A stretch of DNA of 64,000 bases from Callorhinchus milii. Taxonomy: Eukaryota. Positions within the stretch are counted from its first letter, which is position 1, and each line of letters starts with the position of its first letter. The translations under genes were made by a program, and so were the position numbers. The notes below the pieces were generated by a model. It did not search any database. It was not told where the DNA came from and saw only the letters and a list, made by a program, of their open reading frames with translations. This document shows positions 24,441 through 37,434 of the stretch, one piece after another. The stretch lies in contig NW_024704742.1 of NCBI RefSeq assembly GCF_018977255.1, positions 72,480,001 to 72,544,000 on the forward strand. The letters run 5' to 3'.

Positions 24441-25772
24441 TTGTGGCAGAAATGGGAGATGGGGCAGTCAGTGTGGCTGAGGGGTGTAGCTAAGTCAGCC
24501 CCCTCCATTCTCCACCTTTCTGCCATCAGCCCCCCATTCCCCAATTCTCCATCTCTCTTACCCACTGGCAGATATATTCAACATGACCCTCTCTTCTGGC
24601 TCTGTCCATGTCCCCTTCAAAACTGCCATCATCAGGCCCACCTCCCCCATGAAAACCTACCCTGGATTAGCTCCAAACCCTAAATTATTAACCCATTACC
24701 AATCTGTCCTTCCTATTTGAAAGTCTTGGAATGTTTTTTTCCAATCAACTCCACAAACACCTTTCCCCTGCTCGAGCCCCTCCAATCCAGCTTTCGCCCT
24801 GCCCTGCCCACAGAATTTAGACAGTCTTTATCAAAGTCATAATTACATACTCTCTCTCTGCCTTCTTGACCTCTTTGTTGCTTTTGACACAGATGATCAC
24901 TCAATCTTCCTCGATTACCTCTCTTCCTTCATTCACCTGGTTGGTATCACACTCTTTTGGTTCCAATGTGACTGCAGCCATCATCTCCACTTTATCCTCT
25001 ACAAAGGTTTCTTCTTCAAAAAAGGTATTGATAGATATAGCATTGAATAATAATTTGCATTTGTATAGCACACTTCACGTAGAATAATGTGAGTGCTTTA
25101 CAGTAGTAGGGACAAGTATATTGTTACAGTGGACCACCATATCTGAATGTGAACAGAACTAAATTCTGCACACAAAGGGAGAAGAATAATGTAATAATTT
25201 TATTGGAAAAGGTATAAAATGTTTTGAAACACTAAGTAGAATGTTTAGCACTTTAGTGGAAATGGTTTACTATGATGCCACACGTTTAAACAGAATCCTT
25301 GTCCTTCTCCTTAAACGAAATAGAGAGCAGACAGATTTATTGGTTAATTTACCCAATAATGAGTTGTATTCATACCAAATGCATCTTTTATTAATCTACC
25401 AATTTCAATTATGCACCACAATGACCCTATTTAACAATACATATTTGAGAACCAATTATGTACTTAATGATTTGATTTATCTTCTAACCACTTAGTGGCT
25501 TTCTACCTCACGGTCAGTTAACTTCTGAGTCTCTAGATATTGACAAGTCTATAATTTCACAGCTATTTTATTTCATTTTCTACATTTTGGAAGTGTTTTA
25601 TAATAACCATCACATGCTTAGGGTGCTAAATTAGGTACATCAAAGAAATCTTAAGAGTGCTCACCCACAAAATATAGTCAATTCAGTTTACAGTATATTC
25701 TGTGAAGCGCTTTGAGACATCTTGAAGACATGATAAGACGCTATATCAAAGGCAAGGATTATTATTATTATT

Positions 25773-26125
25773 GCCTCTGAGTCAGAAGGTGTAGGTACAA
25801 GCCCCACATCAGGACTTGGAACTCATAGTCTATGCTGACACTCCAACACAGTACTGGGAAAGTGCTGCATAGTGGGAGTGCTGCCCTTCAGATGTGATAT
25901 TAAACTGTGCCTCTTCAGATGGATGTTAAAGATCCAATGGCACTACTTGAAAAGAGAAGGGAGTTTCTCCCTGTGACCTGTCCAACAATCCCCCAAATAA
26001 AACTGGTCATTCATTCATGGGACATTGCTGTGTGCAAGTTTGCTGCCACGTTCACCCATAAAATACACAGCCACTACACTTTATCCTGTGAAGCACTTTG
26101 AGAAAGGCCTGATGTGAAAGGCGCA
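25773..26125 (+). mobile_element. Deu-domain SINE (SacSINE1/AmnSINE-like)
   Basis: GCCTCTGAGTCAGAAGG head; GTGCTGCA..TTCAGATG..AAAGATCCAATGGCACTACTTGAA..GGGAGTTTCTCCC Deu-like body. Preceded by a SINE tail at 25660-25772. Confidence 0.75.
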
Positions 26126-26324
26126 GATTATCAACTTGTGGGAAGTCAGAAGGGTTGGCTAGATGGTCCAATAGTCTCCTGCTGTTTGAACTTGTTTTAA
26201 TGTGATTAATTGGGTATAGAGTTATACCATATCTGGGAGCTCACTGCAAATCCTCATTAGTTCATGGGTATTTTACATTGTTAGATTTGGAAAGTGATTT
26301 AAGTCAAATTCAAACAAAAGCACA

Positions 26325-26378
26325 ATGAAACTGCGAAAGCACACAAACAGACACCAGTAAGTTCATGCATGTTTTATT
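26325..26378 (-). terminator. Polyadenylation signal AATAAA with a GU-rich downstream element
   Basis: Plus-strand TTTATT at 26373-26378 reads AATAAA on the minus strand, followed by TTACTGGTGTCTGTTTGTGTGCTTT. Confidence 0.75.
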
Positions 26379-27822
26379 GAAATAGTAATATAAAATACTT
26401 CCTCATTGTTACAAGTGCATGCTTAAACTGCTGACATTTCAGAGGTCAAATTACAAAGGCAAGGCATTCAGGTTGTAGTGAATTACTTGGGCACATTTAC
26501 AGTTGTTAAAAAAAGATCAATGGAGCTTCCATTATGGACCAGTTTTTAACCATAGTATCAAACCCGTAACTGATATACACAGCAAAGAGGTGAAAATACA
26601 CTAAATGTTTTGTGGCACGGAACAGAACAAAAAAAAGACAACCATTGTGACATAAACAGTATCATGCATCTAGCGTTTTACATGTACCCACAAGTCGATT
26701 TTAATTCCACAATGTCTGCTAAACATGCTAACCTTCTAAGTTTGCACTTATGTACTTAAAAAACTTTTCTAAGGTTCCACTCCCTGTCTGAGTAATTTCA
26801 AGGTTTTTTTTCATTACAAAAATTCAAAAGGCATTAAGCAATTTCATACAGTGAATATAAAGTATGCCAGTATACATTACATTTCCAGTATATGTCAGAT
26901 CACTAAGCGCATTACAGTCCCATATAGGCTAGTACAGCCGTAAATTGGAAAAAAAACATGCATAGGCCAGTTTTACAGACTACAGATGCTATCCACTGCA
27001 TTTTATATGGTATGTCTTGTTTTTCATAGATAAAATAAAATTTAAAAAAATGCGTCACTCATTAATATACAATTCCAGCAAGCCACAACCAAGTCAATGC
27101 GAATGAAGTAGAATAGTAAAATGAATGATAAATGTTATAAATAAATTTCCAGTTATAATTTGTTTTTGGAAAGGCTATCGACTACCAAGTGAGTAAGCTA
27201 ACTGTAAATACATAACTGGTAGCAACCAAGCACACTAAATAAACCTGAGGTAAGCATAATTTGTACAAAACCAAATTAGATTTTTGGCATTTTAATGATT
27301 TTTCAACTTTTTTAAGACTGCCTAATTTGTTTCATCTCTCTTACCAGAGTAGCAAAAAATGTTGTTAATAAATAGTCCATATCTCAGCTATTATTTAGTT
27401 TGTACAACCTCATAATTTCATTTTTTTTTAAAATATGTCAAACTTTTAGTGCTGCAATCGTAAACATACACTAGAAGAGTAAAGAGTTTACTAGACAAAG
27501 TTCCCATATCCAGTATAGTAAAGGCCTTTCAAAACAGATCTGTAAGTTCCCTCAATGCAAAAGGAAAATGTTTTGATTCATCTAATGTGTAATATTTAAC
27601 CAGCATTAACTTTTGCTTGTCTAGAAGCACCAAAGGCATAATCCATCTGAGGTAACTCAACTGTCAACAATCACAATACAATTTCTGACTATCACTCTGT
27701 TACTGTAATCTGTCGTCCAACACGTGGCTCCCAGAGCATGCAGCAGTAATCAGAGGCAAGAATGTCAAACCGCTTATGTGGCAACAATACAATCATGCCT
27801 TGGAACTGGAAACTGCAAAGGA
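26350..27822 (-). other. PPP3CA: PPP3CA 3'UTR (~1.45 kb, AT-rich, no recognisable repeats)
   Basis: Lies between the stop codon and a canonical polyadenylation signal; the exact cleavage site is inferred. Confidence 0.75.
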
Positions 27823-28004
27823 TCACTGAATGTTACTGCTGTCAGTGCCATTAGTCTCTGTGGAGACTGCCTTGTTGATGGAGTTCAGGCTGCCATCACT
27901 GGGCATGCCATCTCTGCGAGGGGGCATCCTCTCGTTGATACGATCCAGACCTTTAGCTTCTTCAAAGCTGCTGATCCTATGTTGAGGCGAGAAACCTCGG
28001 ATAG
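27823..28004 (-). CDS. PPP3CA: Calcineurin A terminal coding exon: autoinhibitory domain and stop
   Basis: CCATTCAG acceptor; encodes [60 protein letters not shown] then TGA (27823-27825). Confidence 0.97.
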
Positions 28005-30025
28005 CTGAATGGAGGTTTCAGTACGATGTGAACAGAAGGGAAGAGAGACGGGGATGGGAGGGGGCAGTGAGAGAAGAGAAAAATGAAACACAGTCAGGCA
28101 AATCGTGCCTTTTTTTAAAGCAATACGTTTGACACTCAATACAGGTTTTTGGTTAGCACATTGTGGCGTATGCATTCACAATTTCTGGGCAGGTTTGTAT
28201 ATTAACTTCTCAATTCAAACATTGACCCACTGGACTCGTAAGCAGATAATCCACCCCTCTACAGAAAATATTCTATATAATGAGAAAAGTGGATATCTAA
28301 TTGGGAGAAAGACATCACATACTAGTTACCTAAGCACACTTCTGATCGATTTTAGTTCAGTTCTGTTGACACGAATGGATATGCATCAGAGGCAAGCGAT
28401 TATACTGCTACATGGATTAAGAGCATGTGCCTGGATTGTTCAAGCAATGACTATATTCTTCTTTTTCTTTCTCAAAGCCCGAGCTTAGAGTCCGCAATCC
28501 TCTTTAATGGCAGACACCAAAACCGGCTCAGTGGGTTGTCTTGTAGTTCACTCAAGAGCTCTGTCACTCTGTTAGGACTGAAGTCTAGATTGACTCTCTT
28601 AGTTACTTTTATCTCTTTTCTCTTTGAACATGTATATTTGCTTAGCACTTCCCCAATGGCTGGTTTTAAACCGAACTCTAATCTCCCCTCCAATAATTTT
28701 ATGTTTACTTCATGTGATTAAGTTGAAATGTAGTCTCCTCCCCACCCCCCGACCCCACTTAATGGCAAATTGAATTTCTCATCTAAAAGGATCTGTAAAG
28801 GACATTCTGTACTCAGAGCTGAGGGAAAGTCTACTTCATCTGTTAATCTATCTCTGAAGAGACCCTTCATGCAGGTCCTTACTTGGCACTAGGAATGTTC
28901 AATACAGCCACAATGAACCTTAACCATTCCATTTGTCTACTCCAGAAGACATGCAGCAAACAAACTTAATGTTAACATCAGTCTTGTTTTAATTGCTATA
29001 GTAGACCTTTTTATAATAAAACGACATTTATAATGTCCATTTCCTTGCAATGGAATCCAGCAATTCTTAGTAATTAAATCACATGTTCACTGCCAGTTAC
29101 AGGGAACACGTTCACATTTTTGGTTATAATATCAGGTCAACGTGTTGTACAATGTTAATGTCACTGTTTATTTTAGATTGTAATCCTGAAACTAAGTCGA
29201 ATAAATGCTTTCAAAATTTAGACTAGAGATTTAATAAATGGTAGATCAAACACTTTCTAGATAGGAGCACTTATTCTATTAGTCACATTTCATGTCTTTT
29301 TATTAATCAAACAAACAGAAATGTTAGCTCAATTCGACTTCATTGTAAAAAGGTCCCACTGCACATCTCTTTTTAGTTAGTAACATTTTGGAGACCTCCC
29401 AGCGAAAGGAGCTGGTGATTCAGGCATCATTCATCATGTGCAACAAAGTAATCCAATTACTGCTGCGGCTGCTGGTCAGACAAAAGGATAACACTGTAAT
29501 TCACACAGAGAGTAATGAACACAACACACGGCAAAGCCACGAAGTCACAAAAAAAAGCAAAAAAATTAATTTCCACCACTGATGCGGACTGTGGATCGGA
29601 GTTTGTTAGGAGAAAAGTTTAAATTGAGCATAAATAGTAGTCGTAGAACCACTATTTAATCAGCAGTTGGGTTTGCTCTTGCTTAGCATTTCAGCCAATT
29701 TTGAAAGATTAACAAAAATTACTACAGTTGGCCTTGAAAAAGTAAAGCCCAACTCTGACTAAATATTACAGTGCAGTTCAGCCAGAAGACACAGGTGGTT
29801 TGGCAAGAACAAAGAACACAACTGCAAAAGGATAAATCCATTGAAAGCAAGCACACCTCAACGTGGTTAATATTATGACAGTGTTAAGGAGTGCTAGACA
29901 ACTGCTTGTTAGCCCAACACCCGCACATTGTATACAAGTTACGGAATATATATATATATGTATAAACCCAGCACAGCCCCTATCAGTTGTACAACAAACA
30001 GAAAGGGGACTGTCCAAAATATTAC

Positions 30026-30055
30026 CTTCATCAGCCTCAATAGCCTCAATAGTTG
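30026..30055 (-). CDS. PPP3CA: Calcineurin A exon 13 equivalent (30-nt cassette exon)
   Basis: CTTCTCTTCAG acceptor, GTAATA donor; encodes ATIEAIEADE, matching the alternatively spliced ATVEAIEADE exon of mammalian CnA alpha. Confidence 0.95.
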
Positions 30056-30970
30056 CTGAAGAGAAGAAAAGGGTTGCAAAATGGATGAGAAAGTTGAGCT
30101 GAGAATTTTACAGTCTTAACAGTCAATGAGTAGCAAAAATAGCAACTGCAGCAACTCTAATACAAGCTTTAGTACTCTTATGTGGAGATGAGAAACTAGG
30201 ACAACACTTTCACAAAAGACAACACACAATCAGATTATATGGAGGGAGGAAACAAAGACTGATCACTGAGCAGAATAATCTGTGGTGCTTACTTTATGCG
30301 TGTGTGAGAAAGAGAGAGTCTGTGTGTGTGTATATGTGTGTGCGCGTGTTATTGGATCGATCAATTCACAACAAGTTTAAAGTATCTGATGGAAAATAAG
30401 TTGCAAATGAATGTCAAACACAATTCAAGGATTATGAATTCCAATTTCTCAATCTATATTATGATAAATCATTCAACTGTGTAAATTCTCACTTTTTCAG
30501 GAAAATCTGCACTCCACAGCCAAATGATGTATCGTAAGAATACTGGATGTGAGATGGTGCAGTGCATTAGTAATGTTCTCTCACTCGGGTGAAAGACATT
30601 CATAGTTCACTTGCATATGTTGCATTGATCATGGACCTTTCACATTTGTCAAAGAACAAGAACGTGTAGCCGAATTGTGGAGTATGCATTCAAAATTTCT
30701 TACTGAAATGGTAACCTAACTTGGAGTGATCTGACAACAATCATGGGTATAACACTAGAAGCTGCTGTGATTGCTCAAAAGACACAGCTGCAGGTTAGCA
30801 TCGTAACCCAGTGTGATTCACAGTTAGATGCTCACTTCTTCACTGCAATAGCTTTAGAGCAGCAGACCCACAGGGCACACAATCTGTCAGACTCACCACG
30901 CTCAGACACCCAGATGAAAGTTATATAACCATGTGATAAGGCACCATATCATATGAAATATAAGGATTAT

Positions 30971-31414
30971 TAGTGAAATTCGATTAATTGAATATTGAAT
31001 AATTAAATAGTTTGATTTATTGAATAGAAATGAGAAATTGCAAACCATTTGCACGATTAATTTAAGAATATGGTTCTGTTAATTGAATACCGGATTATTG
31101 AATAATTTTCCCCGTGACCATTAGCCACCTGAGTCTGGATAAGCACATAGTCCCAAATCACTGCTTCTACAGTACTGCATGAACATCGCTGGCATCCTCT
31201 TCTCTGTTCCCTCCCCTCGCCTCAGTCCCCAGGATGTCACTGGTAATTGGTCGCACGAGTGAGGACTCAGCTGGTTTGTGTAGGGGAGCATTTTCCGGTT
31301 CCGTGTGGTCGGAGACTGTGCGTGTCAAGCTCCGGGAGACGAGTTAAACGAATAGCTCAGTTTATTGAATGATTTCACTGTCAAATTAAGTATTCAATTA
31401 ACAGAATCTCACTG
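30971..31414. mobile_element. Tigger/pogo-type MITE
   Basis: TIRs (T)AGTGAAATTCGATTAATTGAATA and TATTCAATTAACAGAATCTCACTG; many subterminal ATTGAATA repeats. Confidence 0.7.
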
Positions 31415-34400
31415 TTTTGTTAGTTTACTATATCTTCCGGATGCTGCTGATCAACTATGGGTATTTTCCAGCAGCACAAAAATTCCCATCGACAGCAGGA
31501 TTCAATATTGTAACTTTTTTCTGAAAGTGTGAAAAGTTCATGATTTCTGAATGGTTCAGGTGTAAATAAGTTACAGAGAATGGAAACGCACCAGTAGTTA
31601 GTCAGTCAGTTATCATACCCAGACTGGTCACAGATACCATAAAACAAATATCACACACTTCTCAAAGCAGCTATTGCTTACCCTAACTTTTTCATCCAGA
31701 TCTTCTCATTATACAGTCCCACTATCTCAAACTCTCACTACATTTCTCTCCCTAGCTGGACCCATTCCACTACGTTCTGAAACTACCAATCACCACACGC
31801 ACAATCACAATCTTCTTGCCTCAACACTTTCTTTAAGAAAATACATGAAGAGAACTCAGCAATGCCTCCACCACCCCCCACCGATGGCCTATTGGCAGCC
31901 CCCCCCCGTGTCGTTGTCTTGTGGCCTCTGCCTCAGCGATTGCTCCTCAGCCCTCCTTCCCACCACAGGGCTCCAGCTCCCCAGCACACCCCTCGGTACC
32001 CCTGGCATCCCACCCTCGTAACACCAGTGAAAACAGCTGAAATGGTTCTACTTCCACTTGAGGACACAAAGAAATGACTAGTAATGCCAGCAAACAGAAA
32101 AATTACTTCCCACTTATGCCCGTGGGATAGGTACAGATGCACGTTATAAATAAGCTTGTCTCGATTACCATGTTCAAGAGGTTCACAAACTCACCAACAT
32201 TGAATGTAAATACAGATTCAAAGGTAACTGCAGTAGAGGGGACTTAATATGGGGAAGGTGGATAGTGTGGACAGTTTCATGAGGAAATTGGGCAGGGTTT
32301 GATAATGAAGTGGATATGGTGGGGTGGGGGGCATATGTAAAGCAAGCCTGACAGACAAATTGTAAGAGTCTTTTCTGTTCTTGCAGTGCTCCTTGTTTTT
32401 GTGGACATGGATGAGAACAGGATCAAGCCTGACTGAGTGTGTTGCTCTACAGACACATAACCTGCTAAAACTCACCTTCCAAGCTCACATCTGAGGACTG
32501 AGCATGTGTGTGAGGAATTGAAAAGCAGCCAATATCCATTGCTCTATACTTCAACAAGAGGTAATGTGTACGAGAGGGTGTAATGGGCTGGGGGGGAGAG
32601 CAGCAAATGGTGAAGAGATTTTCCAGGAGTTGAAGCTAGCTGGCTTGGATAGAACCTGTAAAATGTTGAAACCCTGCCTCAAAGCTACTGTTAATTACAA
32701 AGTATTGAGTCAAAACTGAACACTCTGAAACAGTGTTAGCACAGTCAAGAACAGTAGCCTTTCACCTTTCCATGTCTTAGATATTTTCACTGAGCTAAAT
32801 CCACATCTATCTGTAGGACAATCAAAGAAACAGTGGATTTCTAAGATTTGACTGTAGCAATGCATTGGTTTTAAATCTATCAATGTAGCAAAATCCTGTT
32901 ATCAATTTATAAATGGTATTGGAGTTTGCTGCTGTGTATTTGCAAAATGGAGGAAGCACTTATTCAAGGAATTTACCTGAGCATCCACCTAAATCCAGCT
33001 GCAAAATTTTTCTGTGTTAAAAATATAATTCAGAAGGTTTTTGGCAAGGTTTAGTTTGTTCAGATTATGTGGCTTTTTTTCTCTTTTTTAAAAAAACTGA
33101 TCTTTCTCTTTCCTAAATGATCTGAACTATTTGACTTGAACTTTAGGATTAATTGCTCTCTATTCCCCTTTCCTCTTTCTGATCGTGGATTGCCATTGAA
33201 GGCTGTGCGGTTGGTTGTTGTTTGTCCTGGTTTAACAGGTTCTCTGTCAGGAGATTTCTTTAATCCATTTTCCTTTTCAATGATGTGAATGGGTGACTGG
33301 GTTTGGTTGATTAGTTGGTTTCTTGCTCTCATTATACAGTCTCTCAGTGGTTTCCTGAGATACTGCAGTGCTGCCACATGACAATATTTGAGGAAATCAC
33401 TGAGGAATCATATACAACAAAAGCAGAGTACAACACACATACATGTCTGTATGTACCTCTTATATTCCATCAAATACAGCATATACTGAACGGTGACATA
33501 GCTTGGGAATGGTGTGTCTTCACTCTGGTATGGGACCAGTTAAAGAGCACAAGGTCTGATCGTCCATATTTATATAAAAAAGTACTGAGGGTTTATATTA
33601 AAATGGATGGGCATTGCTAGCACTGGGCTAGTCACAATATATATAGTTGTCTGGCCCAACATACACCCAATTTCCTTAACTACCATGAACACATGAGCTA
33701 CAGGGTCTGCATTCTGCCTTACATATCAAAATAAAAGGAGCAAACTAACACAAGGAGTAATTAAACATTTTTTTAAAAAAAGGTTAAAAGACTAAGTTAA
33801 AGACAATATCAGATACCACAACTGCACAACTTAACATCTGTGAGCTGCCAGGAAATCCATCTTTCCCCTGTTGAGGAGGTGGCTTTCCTAGTATTCATTA
33901 TGGGATTTTTCCACGTACTAAAAATGTTTTTGGAGATATCCTGTGCTGGTGTGTCAGTTTGCATGGGTGAATGTTAATAGCATGTGTAAGTTAGCACCAG
34001 CACATAGAACACTGACATACAAAGGCACATGAGTGAATGAAGCGAGTACCTGATTCGTCTGGATAGAAGGGAGAGAGAAAGAGTATATCAGAAAGCAAAT
34101 AGAATATTGGAAAGAGTGAAGCAGGGAGGAAGTTCAGCAGGGTGTCAACAAGCAGCCCCGTTTCACACACAGTACCCAGTTCACATATATAATAGAAAGA
34201 CAATATATTTTAGCTAAGTAGGCGACAATACAACTTGACAGTTGAGGAAAAGGTTTTGTTATTGATAAGAGTACAATATGTGGTTGGATAACGACCACAT
34301 GCAGAATTCAGATTAGTCTTGGAGGCTGCCTCATATAGTTGACTTATCAAACCGTGAATTCATACATACAACTACATACAAGTGGATCAACTAAGTGAAA

Positions 34401-36249
34401 GTTAAATGAAAGACTGCATTCTGTGGCACAACTGAAGATTCCCCAGAGTAAAAAAACTACAGTGAATATCTACTGTCACTTACTATTTAGCAGCAATTTC
34501 TAAATTTGTAGATAATGCATATATAAAGACATTTGATGGGTTAAATAAAGTATAACAAATCAGAATGTTGTCAAATAGCTCTTCCTCTTTCTTTCATTGA
34601 CTGATATTACCTTTCATTAACTACATGAGCATTTTATTAAAATTCAGTCATTCAGAATCTATTCAGTTATCATTACAGTCGTTCAGTCAACAAGTAGGAG
34701 CCTAAATCAGAACTGATTGGGAACTTCTCCATTCAAAACACTCAAACACACCACTGTAAGAAATGGCAGCATTCATCAAAGTTGCTTTTCCAAAATACTG
34801 CAACTCTTGAATTTCCATATATTTCTTCTGGAGAGAAAAAGCATTTACAAATTCTTCAAAATAAAAAAAAGTACATTGGAGCTCCCCCTCACCCCTCCTC
34901 AATAAAAACGGATTGTGGTTCATATCATTCGGGGCTTCATCTAATTTAAAAACAAAATTCATGAATGGAATTTTTTATTTCCAGTCAGTAGGAAATGGCT
35001 GCAACAAACCTGCCGTTTACACAGTACCAGTCATTTCCAGCAATGTCACAGAAATGGCAAGAGGCAAAAGGGGAAAAGAAAAACTTCTTAGGTTACATTC
35101 TCCAAGGTTTGAGAAACTGACCAGGGAGTGAGAGGCACCAGTTGGAACCTGAGCCATCACTGGCAATAACCATTAGAAGTGGCAATTTGCATTCTTAAAG
35201 GGGAATATTAGTTTGGGGGTTAGCATTCCCCTCATTTAGATATTCGACAAGCCAAATTGAGAACTCTGTCCAAAAAGAGAAATTTGTATTTTAATCACAT
35301 TTTTGCATCTTCAGGAAGATCCACTCAGGTGATGCCAGTGATGGGTCCATCAGGGGGCAGCTTTGTCAGACCAGCATGCACTGTGTCTCCTTTCTAGCCC
35401 TCAGTAATGATTCAGAGCTATCAGTGATTGAAAATTTAGTATCTTACTGGTCTAGCAAGTGATTTTACAATTCAGTGCAATTCAGACCTATTGGTGAATT
35501 TCATATTCGGTATACAAAAGCGACTAGCCATCAAAGATTTCAAAGATCACTGACAGCTCAGATCAGTGTTTAGAACCTAAAAGGACCTGGTCTCCAATGT
35601 TATCACAGAGCTGCTCTCTGAGCCCCAGTGTCTGAGCCAGAAGTACAACTAATTTACATTTTGCTGTGAATCTTATTTTTCCCTTTAAGAATTTGGACAT
35701 GATCCCTTTAAGGACATCATGCTGCACGCATCTGGAAAATTAACATCCACTTCATTAACATAGAACTGCTAATGTTTAAAATGACTTGGGAAAAGGCAAA
35801 ACTTCACTTTCCCATTATCTGATAATTCTCTTCAACCAAATTAGAAGGCCATCACTGTAAAAATAATACATAGGATTAAAATGCCAAGTACAAATGATAA
35901 CTTGGGCCAAGCTACTTTCAACTGTGCATTTATATTTACTTTCAATTGTGCAATCTCCCATTGTTTAAATGTTGAATGCACAAAATAAAAATTAACAGCC
36001 CTGAAAGAAAGAAATGCATTAAACAAGAGTTTCCATAAAGAGCATGCTCTCACCAATGTGGCTATGGTCAAAAGATTCATTAATTGGGAATTGGGGATTT
36101 GTATCTGGCAAATCCTGAACATGTCTCAGGTTCATTCTCTGGATCTGACATGAACTTCAACTTCTGCAAAGTCAGCATCTGAGCAGAGCTGCGTGGTATC
36201 CGTTGAGATACATTTGTGATGCACCATTTACAAATCCTCTTGGGAATAA

Positions 36250-36990
36250 CGTAAAATTATAGCATATTATGTAACAATTGTCAGTCTCTCACACTCCCTG
36301 CTGCCCAAAACCGAAAACTTTATTCAATGCTCTATCTGTGTTAACTGAGGTCCAGTCCAAAACACTGCCTTTTATTATTTACTATGCGACCAGATATAAA
36401 CCCAGGGATATTTTTTATGGCCTTATCCACCTGCGCTGCTACCTTTTTGATTAACTAGTCCTCTACTGATATATAAAATCTTCCCCTTTAACGCACATTA
36501 CTTTTCCCCATTATTACTACCAAAATGTACTGCTTCACAGTTGTTTGACCTTGAACTGCACTTGCCACTTATCTGCCCATCCTATTAACCTATTTAGCTT
36601 CTCCTGCCTTCCACAATTCTCATCACAATTTTCTCAGCCCACTCTCTTCCTCCCAAACATGGCATCATCAACAAATTGCCATTGTTTCTTCAGTTCCCAA
36701 GTTCAGGTCACTACAAGTCCAGGTACAACTCCATGGATTATCACTCACTGCATCTTCTCAGTCTGAGAAACTTTACTCCCACTTTTTGCTTTCTGCTCTC
36801 CAAAGTCCTCATCCATTTGACCACATTCCCCATAAATCTATGCACCATAATATTTGTTAAATCTTTTATGTGGTACTTTATTCAATGATTTTTGAAACGC
36901 AATATAAATATAAATCCATTGCATTTCCATCAAAGCCAAAGCTATAAACTAGGTCAAGAATGACTTGCATTTTAAAAACCTGCACTTACT
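36250..36990 (-). mobile_element. Old CR1 ORF2 fragment
   Basis: Degenerate LFADDA, WADKWQVQF..CEAVHFG remnants. Confidence 0.65.
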
Positions 36991-37336
36991 AGCCTGATTC
37001 TCTTTACAATATCACGCAACACTGCATCAATCAGCGACACCACCATGTGCTGTAAATAAGTGAAATGCCAAGAGTCTGCAAAGATTGTGATAAGTTCAAT
37101 GCCCTTCATACAGGATTGTTTTAGTTTTTGAAGGAGCTTTAGGTTTATAATGTAAGGAATCTTGAAAAACGGCTATAATTTCCCCGTTCAACCCTATGCT
37201 GATCATTACCAGCACTTTACACCTGATCAGCAATGACAATTTTATAGGCCATCAAAACCACTGGTGAGAGTAACGGCTACTTCTTTACGGTATTGGTTTA
37301 CCATCATTAGGACAAAAATATAAATTGTGATCTTAC

Positions 37337-37434
37337 CACTTTGGAGTGTTTGCTTTCCTCCGGCAAGCACACCACTGGGCAACATTCCTGTGGGAGTTAG
37401 GCCTTTTAGTGTCAGGACACTTTCGCTCTCCTCT
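37337..37434 (-). CDS. PPP3CA: Calcineurin A exon 12 equivalent (98 nt)
   Basis: CAACAG acceptor, GTAAGA donor; encodes [32 protein letters not shown]. Confidence 0.97.

Noticed and set aside
34611..34620. AG/GT-bounded 10-nt segment in intron 12
   Set aside because: Not frame-preserving and has no supporting pyrimidine tract.
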